Assembly (NCBI GenBank): GCA_038923045.1
Contig: JBCKWE010000003.1
Span: 5,416 to 69,415, forward strand
Source: Legionellaceae bacterium
Lineage (GTDB): Bacteria > Pseudomonadota > Gammaproteobacteria > Legionellales > Legionellaceae
Direction of reading: 5' to 3'
Length of the DNA stretch: 64,000 nt
The notes beneath the pieces are model-generated. The model was not told the DNA's origin, searched no databases, and saw only the letters and a list, made by a program, of their open reading frames with translations. The position numbers and the translations under genes were made by a program. Below, one piece after another: positions 44,599 through 54,537 of the stretch (position 1 is the first letter of the stretch; every line of letters begins with the position of its first letter).

Positions 44599-45863
44599 TT
44601 TTGACTCAGCTCTTCAAGTAATTGCTTATCGATATCCATGATTTGTGAGCAGGCTTGAAACATGCGTTGCAACACGACAATATTGCCAAACTCCATCGTT
44701 GAATCCACGTTGGAGGATTCAAGTTGACGCGGCTGGATGGTGCCAAAACCATGCTGGTTTGGGCTGCCTATTTTACGGCCATGAATATTTTTGGCACGAA
44801 ACAGATTATCATTGGCCTGAACCAGGGTATGCTCCAAATCATCAAACATCGCCAGCGCCACGTTTATGCCTTGTTCTGATTGGCCGTTGTCATATTTGTA
44901 TGAAATCTGGCCGTTATCATCGAATGAAAATCCAATTTGTGCGCCAAAGCTATACCCATCCTGTTTACTAGCTTCAATGGATGAGGTGGAATGGTCGGCT
45001 GTATTTTTTTTATAAAGACGAACAGACGACTCTTTGTCCTTCATGTACTCACCAAAATTCAAGGTCACAGGCTGGCTGCCGAAGAGGTTAAATTGGATGG
45101 TGTTATAGCCCTGTTCGGCGGTACCATCATTATCATAATTAAATTTGATGGATTGTGGATTAAACGTTATGTCTGCATCATCACAGGTAGCGGCTATTAA
45201 ATTCCACTCCAGATTGTCTCGCGTATTTTGTCCAGTTCCTAGCGTGCCTGGGGCTTCAAACTCAAGGGATACTTTATGCGCCTTGCCTTTTGCGTCATAT
45301 ACATTGACCACGGCAAATTTAATGTGGGCATATTTGCTTTTAAATGGATCAGGATTTTCTGGCGTATTTGGATCTTTTTCCTCTTCTGTAATAATAAATT
45401 CGCCTTTTAAATCAATAAAACGCGTCGCTTTGCCAGGGCTTGTTTTCGGGCCAAATTGGTGAATTGAAACCAAGCCACCATGCGTGTCATAACCTTGCAC
45501 GAGCCCACCGCTGTGTTTATCAATCAGGAGGCCGTCTTGGTTAAATACGAATTCGCCATCGCGTGTATAGAGCAGTTCGCCATTTTTCAGTTTTACTATG
45601 AAAAAACCGTTACCCACAATGGCCAAATCCGATGGATTATTGGTTTGTAGGTAGTTGCCAGCGCTGTAGTTGGTGCTGTGTCCGCCTACCGTGACGCCTG
45701 AACCCAATCCACCATGGTCGCCACCATGTCCTAATGATGAGTAGAACACATCGCTGCGTTTAAAGCCTACGCTTTGCATGTTGGCAATGTTATTTGATGT
45801 GTTTTGCAGGCCGTAACTGGCGGCCATCATGCCGCTTAAGCTGGTGTAGTAAGTTGAGCTCAT
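44595..45863 (-). CDS. flgE: Flagellar hook protein FlgE
   Basis: N-terminal YTSLSGMMAASYGLQNTSNNIANMQSVGFK and C-terminal LESSNVDSTMEFGNIVVLQRMFQACSQIM are axial-protein terminal motifs. Confidence 0.85.
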   Translation of the reverse strand: MSSTYYTSLSGMMAASYGLQNTSNNIANMQSVGFKRSDVFYSSLGHGGDHGGLGSGVTVGGHSTNYSAGNYLQTNNPSDLAIVGNGFFIVKLKNGELLYTRDGEFVFNQDGLLIDKHSGGLVQGYDTHGGLVSIHQFGPKTSPGKATRFIDLKGEFIITEEEKDPNTPENPDPFKSKYAHIKFAVVNVYDAKGKAHKVSLEFEAPGTLGTGQNTRDNLEWNLIAATCDDADITFNPQSIKFNYDNDGTAEQGYNTIQFNLFGSQPVTLNFGEYMKDKESSVRLYKKNTADHSTSSIEASKQDGYSFGAQIGFSFDDNGQISYKYDNGQSEQGINVALAMFDDLEHTLVQANDNLFRAKNIHGRKIGSPNQHGFGTIQPRQLESSNVDSTMEFGNIVVLQRMFQACSQIMDIDKQLLEELSQK

Positions 45864-46237
45864 TATAATACTTCCGTGATTTCAGTGAGTTGTTTTTCCA
45901 GCTGTGCGCCATTTATATCGATCATTAATTTCGTGGGTTCTGTTTGGGAAAACAGGATTTTTTTGACCGTACCATAACCCTCGCGCCCCTGAACTTTGAC
46001 CTCTTTTCCCAACATCATCAGGCTTTGATTGGCGCTGGTCATACCCATTAACATCGTTAACGACTCATTGGTCGTGCGCGCTTCCTGTAGTGATGAGAAT
46101 TGCGCCATTTGCGCCATGAACTCACGGTTATCAACCGGTTTGAGTGGATCCTGATACGTGAGTTCTTGCATGAATAATTTCAGGTAATCGGTTTGATTGA
46201 CCCCTGTTTCCTGCGCTGGAATGATTGCATCGGTCAT
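45863..46237 (-). CDS. flgD: Hook cap protein FlgD, N-terminal domain only (124 aa)
   Basis: DYLKLFMQELTYQDPLKPVDNREFMAQMAQFSSLQ is the FlgD signature. Confidence 0.75.
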   Translation of the reverse strand: MTDAIIPAQETGVNQTDYLKLFMQELTYQDPLKPVDNREFMAQMAQFSSLQEARTTNESLTMLMGMTSANQSLMMLGKEVKVQGREGYGTVKKILFSQTEPTKLMIDINGAQLEKQLTEITEVL

Positions 46238-46863
46238 TGTTTTACTCCATTGATGATGAGTTGTTTCAAGGTGTAGCCATTTTGGCTTACGTTTTGACGA
46301 ATAAATTGTTGTAATTCATGCTGTTGCTGTTTTGATAAATGAGTGATGCTGAGTGTTAGTTCCACCTGCATGTTGTCTGAAAATAGTTGATATTGTTTGA
46401 ATGTTGACGCAAACATCATGTCAGGCATCGTCTTTGGGTTGATCTTGTTTGTATTGTTGGATTGAATCAACGTTTGATCGTTTTTTACGGGTGATGGTTT
46501 CGCTGTGGTTGTTTTAATTTGAGTGATGAGCTGTTCAATGGTTAATTTCGATAGTGTTGTTGATGCTGGCGTACTTTTTCCAATTTGCATGGCTATGTGT
46601 GTGACTTCTGGTGCGGCGTCTATTTTAATAGGCAGGGTAATGGATTCCTTTACGGGTTCGTTGTCAGGTGTTACTTTGGTTTCTGCGTGAGTAATTGCCG
46701 GTTTGAATGTGAGTGCTGATTGTTGTAATTGGTTTTGGTGTTGCCAGTAAGCGTTTCCTTTCGCGGAAAAAGGCGCGAGAAGGGATTCAAAATCGGATTT
46801 TGGCTGCTGTTTGGCAGATGGAGGCTGATTCAACAATACCATAGACGGCCTATCAACTTTCAT
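46234..46863 (-). CDS. Hook-length control protein-like (FliK/SctP position, 209 aa)
   Basis: Position between fliJ and flgD. Pro/Gln/Thr-rich N-terminal half. C-terminal MQVELTLSITHLSKQQQHELQQFIRQNVSQNGYTL resembles a FliK C-terminal domain. Confidence 0.45.
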   Translation of the reverse strand: MKVDRPSMVLLNQPPSAKQQPKSDFESLLAPFSAKGNAYWQHQNQLQQSALTFKPAITHAETKVTPDNEPVKESITLPIKIDAAPEVTHIAMQIGKSTPASTTLSKLTIEQLITQIKTTTAKPSPVKNDQTLIQSNNTNKINPKTMPDMMFASTFKQYQLFSDNMQVELTLSITHLSKQQQHELQQFIRQNVSQNGYTLKQLIINGVKQ

Positions 46864-47264
46864 TTAACCCCCCGTCGCTGCAATATCCATTCATCAAGGC
46901 TATTCTGTTCTGTCAGCAAGGATTGCCGATGTTGCTTTTTCAGGCGGGCTTCTTGGTGTTTTTCAAGCATTTTCAATTCGATGTTCAAACGCGTTTGTTG
47001 TAATTCCAATTGTGTGTGCTCTGATAACAACGAGGTTTTATGGATGGTTAATTCATCTTGTTGTTGCTGTTGTTGGGTTATGAAATTGACGCGTGCCATT
47101 TCTATTTCAGGACGAATGAATATGGCTACCCCAGATGATTTGGCTATTTCCTGCTGAATCAAATCGATTTTTTGCGCCATATTTTCGAGCTGTTGTTCAG
47201 TCGTTAGTAATTGATGACTAAGTTCTGCTTGCTGCCATTTGAGATGCGTGAAAAGGGCCTTCAT
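46860..47264 (-). CDS. fliJ: FliJ-like coiled-coil export protein
   Basis: 134 aa, Gln/Glu/Leu-rich coiled coil immediately downstream of fliI. Assigned by position. Confidence 0.5.
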   Translation of the reverse strand: MKALFTHLKWQQAELSHQLLTTEQQLENMAQKIDLIQQEIAKSSGVAIFIRPEIEMARVNFITQQQQQQDELTIHKTSLLSEHTQLELQQTRLNIELKMLEKHQEARLKKQHRQSLLTEQNSLDEWILQRRGVK

Positions 47265-48553
47265 TGAAGGATCTCCCTGATACGTAAGAGCTGGGTAGGG
47301 CGTGGCAATGATTCGTCCATAGCTTGCGTTAACCAGTCTTGTACGGCTTCAATGCGCGTAACAGCCGCATCTAGTTTTGCATTATGACCCGGTTTGTATG
47401 CCCCTAATTCAATCAAATCCTGGTTTTGACGGTAAAGGCTGAGCATCGTGATAACTTGTTTCATTAGCGTTTGTTCATCTGGCGTTGTTAATTGCAAGCT
47501 TAACCGTGAAATGCTTTGCAGTACGTCAATGGCGGGATAATGGCCGCAATGAGCCAATTCCCGTGTGAGCACGATATGACCGTCTAGCAATGAACGCATG
47601 GTATCGGCAATTGGCTCGTTGAAGTCATCGCCTTCAACCAGTACTGTATATAAAGCCGTGATGCTTCCCTCGTTACTGAAATTACCTGCGCGTTCAACAA
47701 TACCCGGCAAGCTTGAAAATACAGTGGGCGTGTAACCGCGAGCGGTGGGGGGTTCCCCAAGGCTTAAACCAATTTCACGCGTCGCCATGGCAAAGCGTGT
47801 GATGGAATCCATGAACAACATGACGTCACGCCCTTGTTTGCAAAAATACTCGGCAATGGCCGTGGCCGTATACACGGCTTGTTTTCGCATTAAGGCAAAG
47901 TCATCACTGCACGCCACAACGATCACGGATTTAGCGCGTGTTTCTTCATCCAGGTGGTTGTGGATGAAATCCTTCACTTCTCGCCCGCGTTCGCCCACGA
48001 GCGCTATCACATTGATGTCGCTGTTCATGTGCTTTGCCATCATGCCTAGCAACACGGATTTTCCAACACCACTGCCAGCAAAAAGTCCAATGCGCTGGCC
48101 TTTGCCTAGCGGAAGCAGGCTATCAATGGCATGAATACCTGTGTTTAAGCGTTCGCTGATGGTTTCACGTTTAAGCGGGTTTATTTTTTGACGATGCAAG
48201 GGCATGCGTTCGCGACAGTGTATCCGCACGCCTTCATCCAGTGGCTGACCAAAGGCATCAATCACGCGTCCGAGCAATGCCTCTCCCACGCCGATGGTTA
48301 CACCCATGCCGGTGGCGCGAACTTTAAAGCCTGCGCTGATGCGAGCGCTTGAAAAAGGCATCAAATACACGCGACCATGTTCAAAGCCTACGACTTCCGC
48401 TTGAATAACCAGGTTGTTCTGCGCATCAAGAATATCGCACAACTCACCAATAAACGCTTGAGGCGGGCCATTGGAAACCAGTTTCAAGCCAATACATTGC
48501 TCAATTTCACCCAGTCGCTCTATGGGTTGGAGTGCATTAAGCCAGTTATTCAT
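47261..48553 (-). CDS. fliI: Flagellar/T3SS ATPase FliI (SctN family)
   Basis: Walker A GLFAGSGVGKSVLLGMM, Walker B VMLFMDSITRFAMA, and PPTARGYTPTVFS. Confidence 0.9.
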   Translation of the reverse strand: MNNWLNALQPIERLGEIEQCIGLKLVSNGPPQAFIGELCDILDAQNNLVIQAEVVGFEHGRVYLMPFSSARISAGFKVRATGMGVTIGVGEALLGRVIDAFGQPLDEGVRIHCRERMPLHRQKINPLKRETISERLNTGIHAIDSLLPLGKGQRIGLFAGSGVGKSVLLGMMAKHMNSDINVIALVGERGREVKDFIHNHLDEETRAKSVIVVACSDDFALMRKQAVYTATAIAEYFCKQGRDVMLFMDSITRFAMATREIGLSLGEPPTARGYTPTVFSSLPGIVERAGNFSNEGSITALYTVLVEGDDFNEPIADTMRSLLDGHIVLTRELAHCGHYPAIDVLQSISRLSLQLTTPDEQTLMKQVITMLSLYRQNQDLIELGAYKPGHNAKLDAAVTRIEAVQDWLTQAMDESLPRPTQLLRIREILQ

Positions 48554-49187
48554 CTAGGCCTCGCATGTGCAGTAACACCTGCTTGAGATTATCAATCTGT
48601 CGTTCAATCCCTGCATCAAAAACGCCGTGTTCACTTTTCACAATGCAACCGCCTAAACGCAAGGAAACATCCGGTAGTAGCGTTAAATTTTTGCAAGCTT
48701 GGGTATCGATATGTATTCCGCCTTGCTGGATTAACGCGAGCTCTCGTGGGTGCAAGGCGATGGCTATGTTCTGTTTGTTATTCAGTTCAGCAATAATTTG
48801 CGTGATTTGATGCGCAATGCTTTCTTTGTTTTGCTGTTGATTGATAAACAGCTTGTGTGCGATGAGTAGAACGATGTCGGCAATTTCCGCTGATAATATA
48901 CGACGGTTCTCGCTGATGGCCTCGGGAATGCTGTGTAGAAGTGCGCTTAATGTGCTGAATTGATCGTGAAGACGTGCCTGTTCCTGGTCTATCCCATCGG
49001 TAAGACCTTGTGAATATCCATCATCCCTGGCTTTATCGTTATCACGGATAATGATCGCGTCATCCCGAACGCAGTGAGGGACCTCCTGAATTACAGGCGA
49101 TCCGTCGCGGTACTCGGGATGACGTAGAGGTTCAGCAAGATAAGCCATCTCCCCACTAATCAAAACATGCTTGAATACATCAGCCAT
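48546..49187 (-). CDS. fliH: FliH (SctL-family) ATPase regulator
   Basis: C-terminal IALHPRELALI....LLPDVSLRLGGCIVKSEHGVFDAGIERQIDNL is a FliH/SctL motif. I chose ATG 49187 (8-nt ATGGCTGA overlap with the upstream stop). The track ORF extends to 49235. Confidence 0.6.
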   Translation of the reverse strand: MADVFKHVLISGEMAYLAEPLRHPEYRDGSPVIQEVPHCVRDDAIIIRDNDKARDDGYSQGLTDGIDQEQARLHDQFSTLSALLHSIPEAISENRRILSAEIADIVLLIAHKLFINQQQNKESIAHQITQIIAELNNKQNIAIALHPRELALIQQGGIHIDTQACKNLTLLPDVSLRLGGCIVKSEHGVFDAGIERQIDNLKQVLLHMRGLDE

Positions 49188-49623
49188 GTGCATCATCCAA
49201 AAGGTGCTCAAATGAAATAGACTGTTCCCATTCACATAACACAGCCTGTTTGACCATCGGTTTGATAACCCGCACCTGATTTGTCAGTGCTGCCTGGATA
49301 ATTCCTGTGCCGTCAAAATTTTGCAAAAATTGCACAGTCCATGGCTTTTTGCACTGTTCAATAATGATGGCTACAAAAAGTGGAGCTTTGCCTGCCAACT
49401 CTCGACAAAATGCGGGTAAAACCGGCGGCCGCACGTCTTGTGGGAAAAACAAATCAGCCGCTTTTAATGTCCGAAAACGCTGAGCGTCTTGCAATAGTTT
49501 CAAACCATCCCATTGGTTTAGTGTTTTAAGCTCCGTATTTGATAAGCGTCGTAAGATCCAACGTTGATCAACGGATGGTAGGCGGGCTATGTTCACAAGG
49601 ATGTGTTTGAGTTGTTTAATCAT
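49180..49623 (-). CDS. 147-aa protein in the fliG position, weakly FliG N-terminal/middle-domain-like
   Basis: Sits between fliF and fliH with overlaps on both sides. LSNTELKTLNQ and APLFVAIIIEQCKKPWTVQFLQNF recall FliG ARM-type helices. There is no room for a C-terminal torque domain. Confidence 0.4.
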   Translation of the reverse strand: MIKQLKHILVNIARLPSVDQRWILRRLSNTELKTLNQWDGLKLLQDAQRFRTLKAADLFFPQDVRPPVLPAFCRELAGKAPLFVAIIIEQCKKPWTVQFLQNFDGTGIIQAALTNQVRVIKPMVKQAVLCEWEQSISFEHLLDDAHG

Positions 49624-50920
49624 TCTGAAGTAACCATTGGGATAGTTCGGTTAACAAGCGTTGCCGTTGTTTAATCCGTACACGTTGGCGTAAAACCCAT
49701 ATAACAAACAACAGTAAAAATATCACGCTACTACCACTTAAAATCAAAGGTTTTGATATCGAGGATTTCGATAGTGATTGCGCTTGTGTTTCAGTTGGCA
49801 TTGTTTTTGAGGCTTCAATCAGGGCTTCCACACTGATGGTATCACCCCGTTTAACATCAAAACCCACCACGGATTTAACCATGCGTTCAACTTGCATGAT
49901 TTTTTCCATGCGTGTTTTCTGTGGTAATACCACGCTAATCGTCAAGCGTTCAATTGTCCCATTGGCACGCGTAAACTGTTCTTTTTCACGGCCAAATTGC
50001 CACGTTTTTTCACGCATATAATCTTGATTAATGGGTTCTTTACCCGCTTTATTTGGCGATGAGTGCCGTGTTTCTTTTTCATGGGTTATCGCACCATCCT
50101 GTTGGGGCTTTTCGCGTTCTCGCTGGAGTTCGTCATAATTTAATGTGGCATCAATTTTAACCATGACGCCGTCGTCGTCAGTGAAAATTTGATGCAGCAT
50201 TTGCATGACCTTTTCATTCAAATAATGCTCAATATTTTTTTTGGCAGAAAAGTGGCCCGTTGATGTGTCGTCCTCATTCGCAATCAAACCATTGCCATTC
50301 TGATCGACCATAACGACATTGTTAAGGGGTAAATTGGCCACACTTGCAGCGATTAATTGCTGGATACTTTTTACTTGAAGTGGTGTGAGTGCACGGGCAA
50401 GATGCAATGTCACTGCAGCGCGTGGCAAATTACTTTCTTGCTGAAATAAATGGCTTTCAGGAATGGTCAGTTGAACGCGTGCCTGTTTAACTTCATCCAA
50501 ACTGTTAATGGTACGTTCCAGTTCGCCTTGCAACGCACGTTGGAAATTTATTTTTTGGGAAAAATCAGTCATGCCAAAATCGGTTTTATCAAACAATTCA
50601 AAGCCAACGCTGTGGGAAAACTGTAAATCACTGCCCATGAGTTTAATGCGCGTTTTATCGATTAATTGTTTGTCGATTAAAATATCACCGCCTTGATTCT
50701 TCACTTGATAGCTAATGTTAGCCTGTTCAAGTTGTGTGAGGATTTGGTTGGCATCTCGGGAGTCTAGATGACTGAATAATAGGCCAAGGCTTGGGTGCAT
50801 AGCCCAGATAATGAGATAGGTGGTAAGCGTCGCGATGATAACCATGCCAGCCATCAGACTCAGTTTTCGTTGTTTGCTTTGTGCCTGAAACAACCGCAGG
50901 ATTTGATCAATATAGTTCAC
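49616..50920 (-). CDS. fliF: MS-ring protein FliF (short, 434 aa)
   Basis: LFSHLDSRDANQILTQLEQANISYQV, FGMTDFSQKINFQRALQGELERTINSLDEVKQARVQLTIPE, and a C-terminal TM helix. Confidence 0.85.
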   Translation of the reverse strand: MNYIDQILRLFQAQSKQRKLSLMAGMVIIATLTTYLIIWAMHPSLGLLFSHLDSRDANQILTQLEQANISYQVKNQGGDILIDKQLIDKTRIKLMGSDLQFSHSVGFELFDKTDFGMTDFSQKINFQRALQGELERTINSLDEVKQARVQLTIPESHLFQQESNLPRAAVTLHLARALTPLQVKSIQQLIAASVANLPLNNVVMVDQNGNGLIANEDDTSTGHFSAKKNIEHYLNEKVMQMLHQIFTDDDGVMVKIDATLNYDELQREREKPQQDGAITHEKETRHSSPNKAGKEPINQDYMREKTWQFGREKEQFTRANGTIERLTISVVLPQKTRMEKIMQVERMVKSVVGFDVKRGDTISVEALIEASKTMPTETQAQSLSKSSISKPLILSGSSVIFLLLFVIWVLRQRVRIKQRQRLLTELSQWLLQND

Positions 50921-50921
50921 G

Positions 50922-51227
50922 TTAAATTTGCTCTCTTAAAATGTCCTGATACGCACTCATTAACCGGTTGCGGATTTGCTCTAAAAATTGAAACGATATT
51001 TTTGCCTGCTCCAGCGTCAACATGGTTTCATGCAAACTGGTAGCCTGCCCGCTGGCTAATTGCTGTAGGGCTTCATCGGCCTCGACTAGATGATCGTTGG
51101 TCTGTTTTACGGTGTCGGTTAAAAAATGCGTAAACGTGTTTACACCTGGCGACGCACCGATTTCAGTCGCCTCCATTTTTTTCAAGGGTGGTATGAAAGG
51201 CATGGAAAGGGTTGCGTCTATCTTCAC
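50922..51227 (-). CDS. fliE: Flagellar hook-basal body protein FliE
   Basis: FTHFLTDTVKQTN......LHETMLTLEQAKISFQFLEQIRNRLMSAYQDILREQI. Confidence 0.8.
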   Translation of the reverse strand: MKIDATLSMPFIPPLKKMEATEIGASPGVNTFTHFLTDTVKQTNDHLVEADEALQQLASGQATSLHETMLTLEQAKISFQFLEQIRNRLMSAYQDILREQI

Positions 51228-51646
51228 CGTTCCTCTCCAATGCTCAACGCTTGCAAATAAATACTGTGTGCCGTATTGATGACTTTGATATTCGCCTCAT
51301 AAGCACGAGTCGCACGCATCAAGGTCGTCATTTCATCAATCGTGCTGATGCCAGGGTAGGTCACATAGCCGTGTTTATCAGCGGCTGGATGTTCTGGCTG
51401 ATAGACTTTATTGGGCGGTAGGTTTTCCGGCACCAGTTCGATAGCTTCAAGTCCGCCGCCTTTCATGTTATTCAATATTTCATCAAAAGGCTGCGCGCTA
51501 GCCACTACTTGCATGGGTTGAAAGCGTGTGCCGTCACTGTTTTTCAGCGTGTGTTGATTGGCGATGTTATTGGCAACCACGTCCACCCGCATTTTTTCAA
51601 CGCGCATGCCGTCAGATGCAATTGAATAAATCTGGTCATAACTCAT
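51224..51646 (-). CDS. flgC: Proximal rod protein FlgC
   Basis: IASDGMRVEKMRVDVVANNIANQHT and YVTYPGISTIDEMTTLMRATRAYEANIKVINTA. Confidence 0.85.
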   Translation of the reverse strand: MSYDQIYSIASDGMRVEKMRVDVVANNIANQHTLKNSDGTRFQPMQVVASAQPFDEILNNMKGGGLEAIELVPENLPPNKVYQPEHPAADKHGYVTYPGISTIDEMTTLMRATRAYEANIKVINTAHSIYLQALSIGEER

Positions 51647-51969
51647 GTGTTGTTTCCTTGTACAGCTAATTTCATGATGGCGAGTTTGTGATTCAGGCCT
51701 TTAATCAATGCACGGTATTGCGTGGCATTCTTAACGCTTGCGGCGATTTGTTCATCAATGGAGACGGGGGCTTCCGTGAGTTCATAGATAGGTTTGATGG
51801 ACTCGAGCGTGCTGTCACTGCTTGCATTTAATTGCTGCTCAAAATCAACACCCATGGTTTGATAATCGCGGGTGTTGACGTTGGCAATATTTTTGGCAAT
51901 GGCCGTTTGGCGCATTAAGGCGGCATCAAGCGCTAGGCTGACTAAATCAATGGTGATGTCGTTTATCAT
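51643..51969 (-). CDS. flgB: Proximal rod protein FlgB (108 aa)
   Basis: LDAALMRQTAIAKNIANVNTRDYQ is the axial-protein N-terminal motif. Located upstream of flgC. Confidence 0.75.
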   Translation of the reverse strand: MINDITIDLVSLALDAALMRQTAIAKNIANVNTRDYQTMGVDFEQQLNASSDSTLESIKPIYELTEAPVSIDEQIAASVKNATQYRALIKGLNHKLAIMKLAVQGNNT

Positions 51970-53069
51970 TGGACGATAAGCTCCGCATGCAGTGCTCCAG
52001 CACGTTTTAAACTTTCCAAAATCGCAATGATATCGCGCGTTGACGTTCGCACCCGCGTCAGGGATTCAATCAATTGTCCAATCGTGGCACCTTGCGGGAG
52101 TTTCACCAAATGGCCATCGGGCTCTTTGACATTGATGTTGGTTACCGGTGTCACGACGGTTCGCACCCCACGGCCCACGTCATTCACAAACGTTGGCTGT
52201 GAAACGTTGTAATCGGTTGCGATAGTAATTTGCAGATTGCCGTGTGAAATGGTAACGGCATCAATGGTGACATCCGATCCTGCAACGACCACCCCCGTAC
52301 GCTCATTCACAACCACGGTAGGGACGTGATCGGTTTCGACCATTAAATTTTCCAATTGACTGATAAATCGAATGAAATGATGTTGGCTCTGTTGTGGTAG
52401 GTGAACTTCAATGTCCTGGGCGCCACGAGCATAAGCTGTTTTTGTGCCGAATTTTTTATTGATGGCCGCTTCCACGTGATCAGCGGTGGTAAAATCGGCG
52501 TGATTTAAAATAAGATGCACTTCATTTTCCTTGTCGAGAAGTTCATTGTAAATTGTCTTTTCAACCACAGCCCCCCCTGGGATAATGCCGGCAGTGGGGT
52601 GATTTTTCTGTACAACATTTCCAAATAAATCGTATTTAAAACCACCTATCGAAAGTGGGCCTTGAGCCAACGCGTATACTTGGTTGTCAGGGCCTTTTAA
52701 GGGGGTTACCAGCAGCGTGCCACCTAAAAGACTTTTTGCATCACCTAATGAGGCCACGTTAATATCCAGTTTGTCCCCCTGATGCACGAAAGCGGGCAGG
52801 TAACTGGTAATAATGACAGTCGCCGTGTTGCGACTATTAATATCATTGGGGCTAACATTAACGCCAAAGCTTAGCAGCAAGTTGGCAATGGCTTGCGTTG
52901 TGTCTTTGTTCCGTCGAGAATCACCTGATCCCGCCAGACCGATGACCAGACCATAACCTGTGATTGGATTTTCCTGCAAGCCAGACAGGTGGGCAATTGA
53001 TTTAATACGGATTTCGGCATGACTTGAGTTTAATGCCAGTAATAAAATGATAAATATACGTTTTATCAT
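51966..53069 (-). CDS. flgI: P-ring protein FlgI
   Basis: Signal peptide, RIKSIAHLSGLQENPITGYGLVIGLAGSGDS, and C-terminal ILESLKRAGALHAELIVQ. Confidence 0.9.
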   Translation of the reverse strand: MIKRIFIILLLALNSSHAEIRIKSIAHLSGLQENPITGYGLVIGLAGSGDSRRNKDTTQAIANLLLSFGVNVSPNDINSRNTATVIITSYLPAFVHQGDKLDINVASLGDAKSLLGGTLLVTPLKGPDNQVYALAQGPLSIGGFKYDLFGNVVQKNHPTAGIIPGGAVVEKTIYNELLDKENEVHLILNHADFTTADHVEAAINKKFGTKTAYARGAQDIEVHLPQQSQHHFIRFISQLENLMVETDHVPTVVVNERTGVVVAGSDVTIDAVTISHGNLQITIATDYNVSQPTFVNDVGRGVRTVVTPVTNINVKEPDGHLVKLPQGATIGQLIESLTRVRTSTRDIIAILESLKRAGALHAELIVQ

Positions 53070-53635
53070 ACGAGTCCAACCATCGACAATACTTTATAGA
53101 TATAGTTGTGCCGAGTAGAATTAGAGACCGAGCCATCGCCAGTATAGGTGATCTTCGCATCGGCAAGGCGCGTTGACAGCACTGTATTTTGTGTGGAAAT
53201 ATCTTCCTGCCGCACCACGCCTTCAAGATGAATAGTTTGTAGTTCGCCATTAATTTGAATGCGTTGATTGCCCTCAACGCAGTAACTTCCATTGGGGAAA
53301 ACATCCTTTATGCGTACCGTGAGGGACGCTTTTATTTTGCCATTTCGTTCAGTTTTACCTTTTGCGCGACCATCGCCACGCAAGCCAAACGAAACCTCCT
53401 GTGGACGCTTGTTATAGCTGACCTCTAAGGCTGTTTTAATTTCCTTGCTGGACGATAGATCCGCACTGGTTTGTGCATTGGATGTTTCCATGACGATGAC
53501 GGTTAACAAATCGCCAGGCAGGTAAGCTTTTTTATCAGCAATGAAGGGGCGATAGAGCATGTCGTTGTATAAGCTGATGGGGTAGGCGGCGGTGGTACTG
53601 AACAAAACAGTGATGATTAGCAAAATTCGTTTCAT
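53066..53635 (-). CDS. flgH: L-ring protein FlgH (189 aa, no lipobox Cys)
   Basis: SLYNDMLYRPFIADKKAYLPGDLLTVIVMETSNAQTSADLSSSKE and ITYTGDGSVSN. The signal peptide has no Cys. Confidence 0.8.
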   Translation of the reverse strand: MKRILLIITVLFSTTAAYPISLYNDMLYRPFIADKKAYLPGDLLTVIVMETSNAQTSADLSSSKEIKTALEVSYNKRPQEVSFGLRGDGRAKGKTERNGKIKASLTVRIKDVFPNGSYCVEGNQRIQINGELQTIHLEGVVRQEDISTQNTVLSTRLADAKITYTGDGSVSNSTRHNYIYKVLSMVGLV

Positions 53636-54537
53636 AAGGTCAGCTCCGCCTGCTGAATACCACTGATCTTTGCGATAAATGTTTTTTGGTTAAGCGGGTT
53701 TTTCACCGTAATGATTTCAGAAGCGTAGCCGTCCGCGAGTGCGATGGCATCCATGGCGATCGTAATGCCATGATTATGCGATATCACGTTGAGGTGTTGG
53801 CCATGGATGACGAGTGGAGGTTCCTTGAGCTGGCTTGTTAATAGGATTCTATTGCGCGTAATGGAGGTTTTTAACCAGACAGATTGTGGTAGTACGCGTG
53901 CTGGCAGCGCGTTCAAGCCTGCGATGTCACGTTCCTTCAGGGAAAAATCATCGTTTTTAATCAGTGTGTCATACCGCATATCACGATTAGCGACCAGCAC
54001 TTTAGCGTAGGCTTTCACGTTAAACCAGACTGCAAGACGCACGCTGTTAGCAGGCGTTAACCAGACACAAACGCGTTTTGCAGTTGGAAAGGTTAACTGT
54101 ACATCGGTTTTGAATTCATCTAGGGCATAAGCACTGTCTTTTATGTGTGATAAGGGCGTGACGACAACTCGTAAGTAGTGTGTTTTTAGTTTTTCTACTA
54201 ATGCCGTCTGAGCCTTTTCAAGCAGCAAGGCGCCGGATGATTGCGTTGATTGCATGACCATAATTTCCGATTTACCAAGCCAAGTCGCATTGAAATGCCC
54301 TAGTCGTTGCGTCATCCAGTCGAGTAGGGTGGCTTTGGTGATGCAAAAACCAGGCGTTGGATGGCTGTCGAGTGATAAATCTGACCAGTGATGTTTGTCT
54401 TCTTTAATGATTAATATATCGCCCAGGCGCGAGGCTTCGGCGTTAATTTCAGGTTTGAAGCGCAGTATGGTCTGTGCGTGGCTCGCGGTAGTGAGCAACA
54501 GAATCAACAGTAAGTAGTGCTTAATCACGGAGTTCAT
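53632..54537 (-). CDS. flgA: P-ring assembly chaperone FlgA
   Basis: Signal peptide. C-terminal SAF-like ..LVIHGQHLNVISHNHGITIAMDAIALADGYASEIITVKNPLNQKTFIAKI. Confidence 0.65.
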   Translation of the reverse strand: MNSVIKHYLLLILLLTTASHAQTILRFKPEINAEASRLGDILIIKEDKHHWSDLSLDSHPTPGFCITKATLLDWMTQRLGHFNATWLGKSEIMVMQSTQSSGALLLEKAQTALVEKLKTHYLRVVVTPLSHIKDSAYALDEFKTDVQLTFPTAKRVCVWLTPANSVRLAVWFNVKAYAKVLVANRDMRYDTLIKNDDFSLKERDIAGLNALPARVLPQSVWLKTSITRNRILLTSQLKEPPLVIHGQHLNVISHNHGITIAMDAIALADGYASEIITVKNPLNQKTFIAKISGIQQAELTL

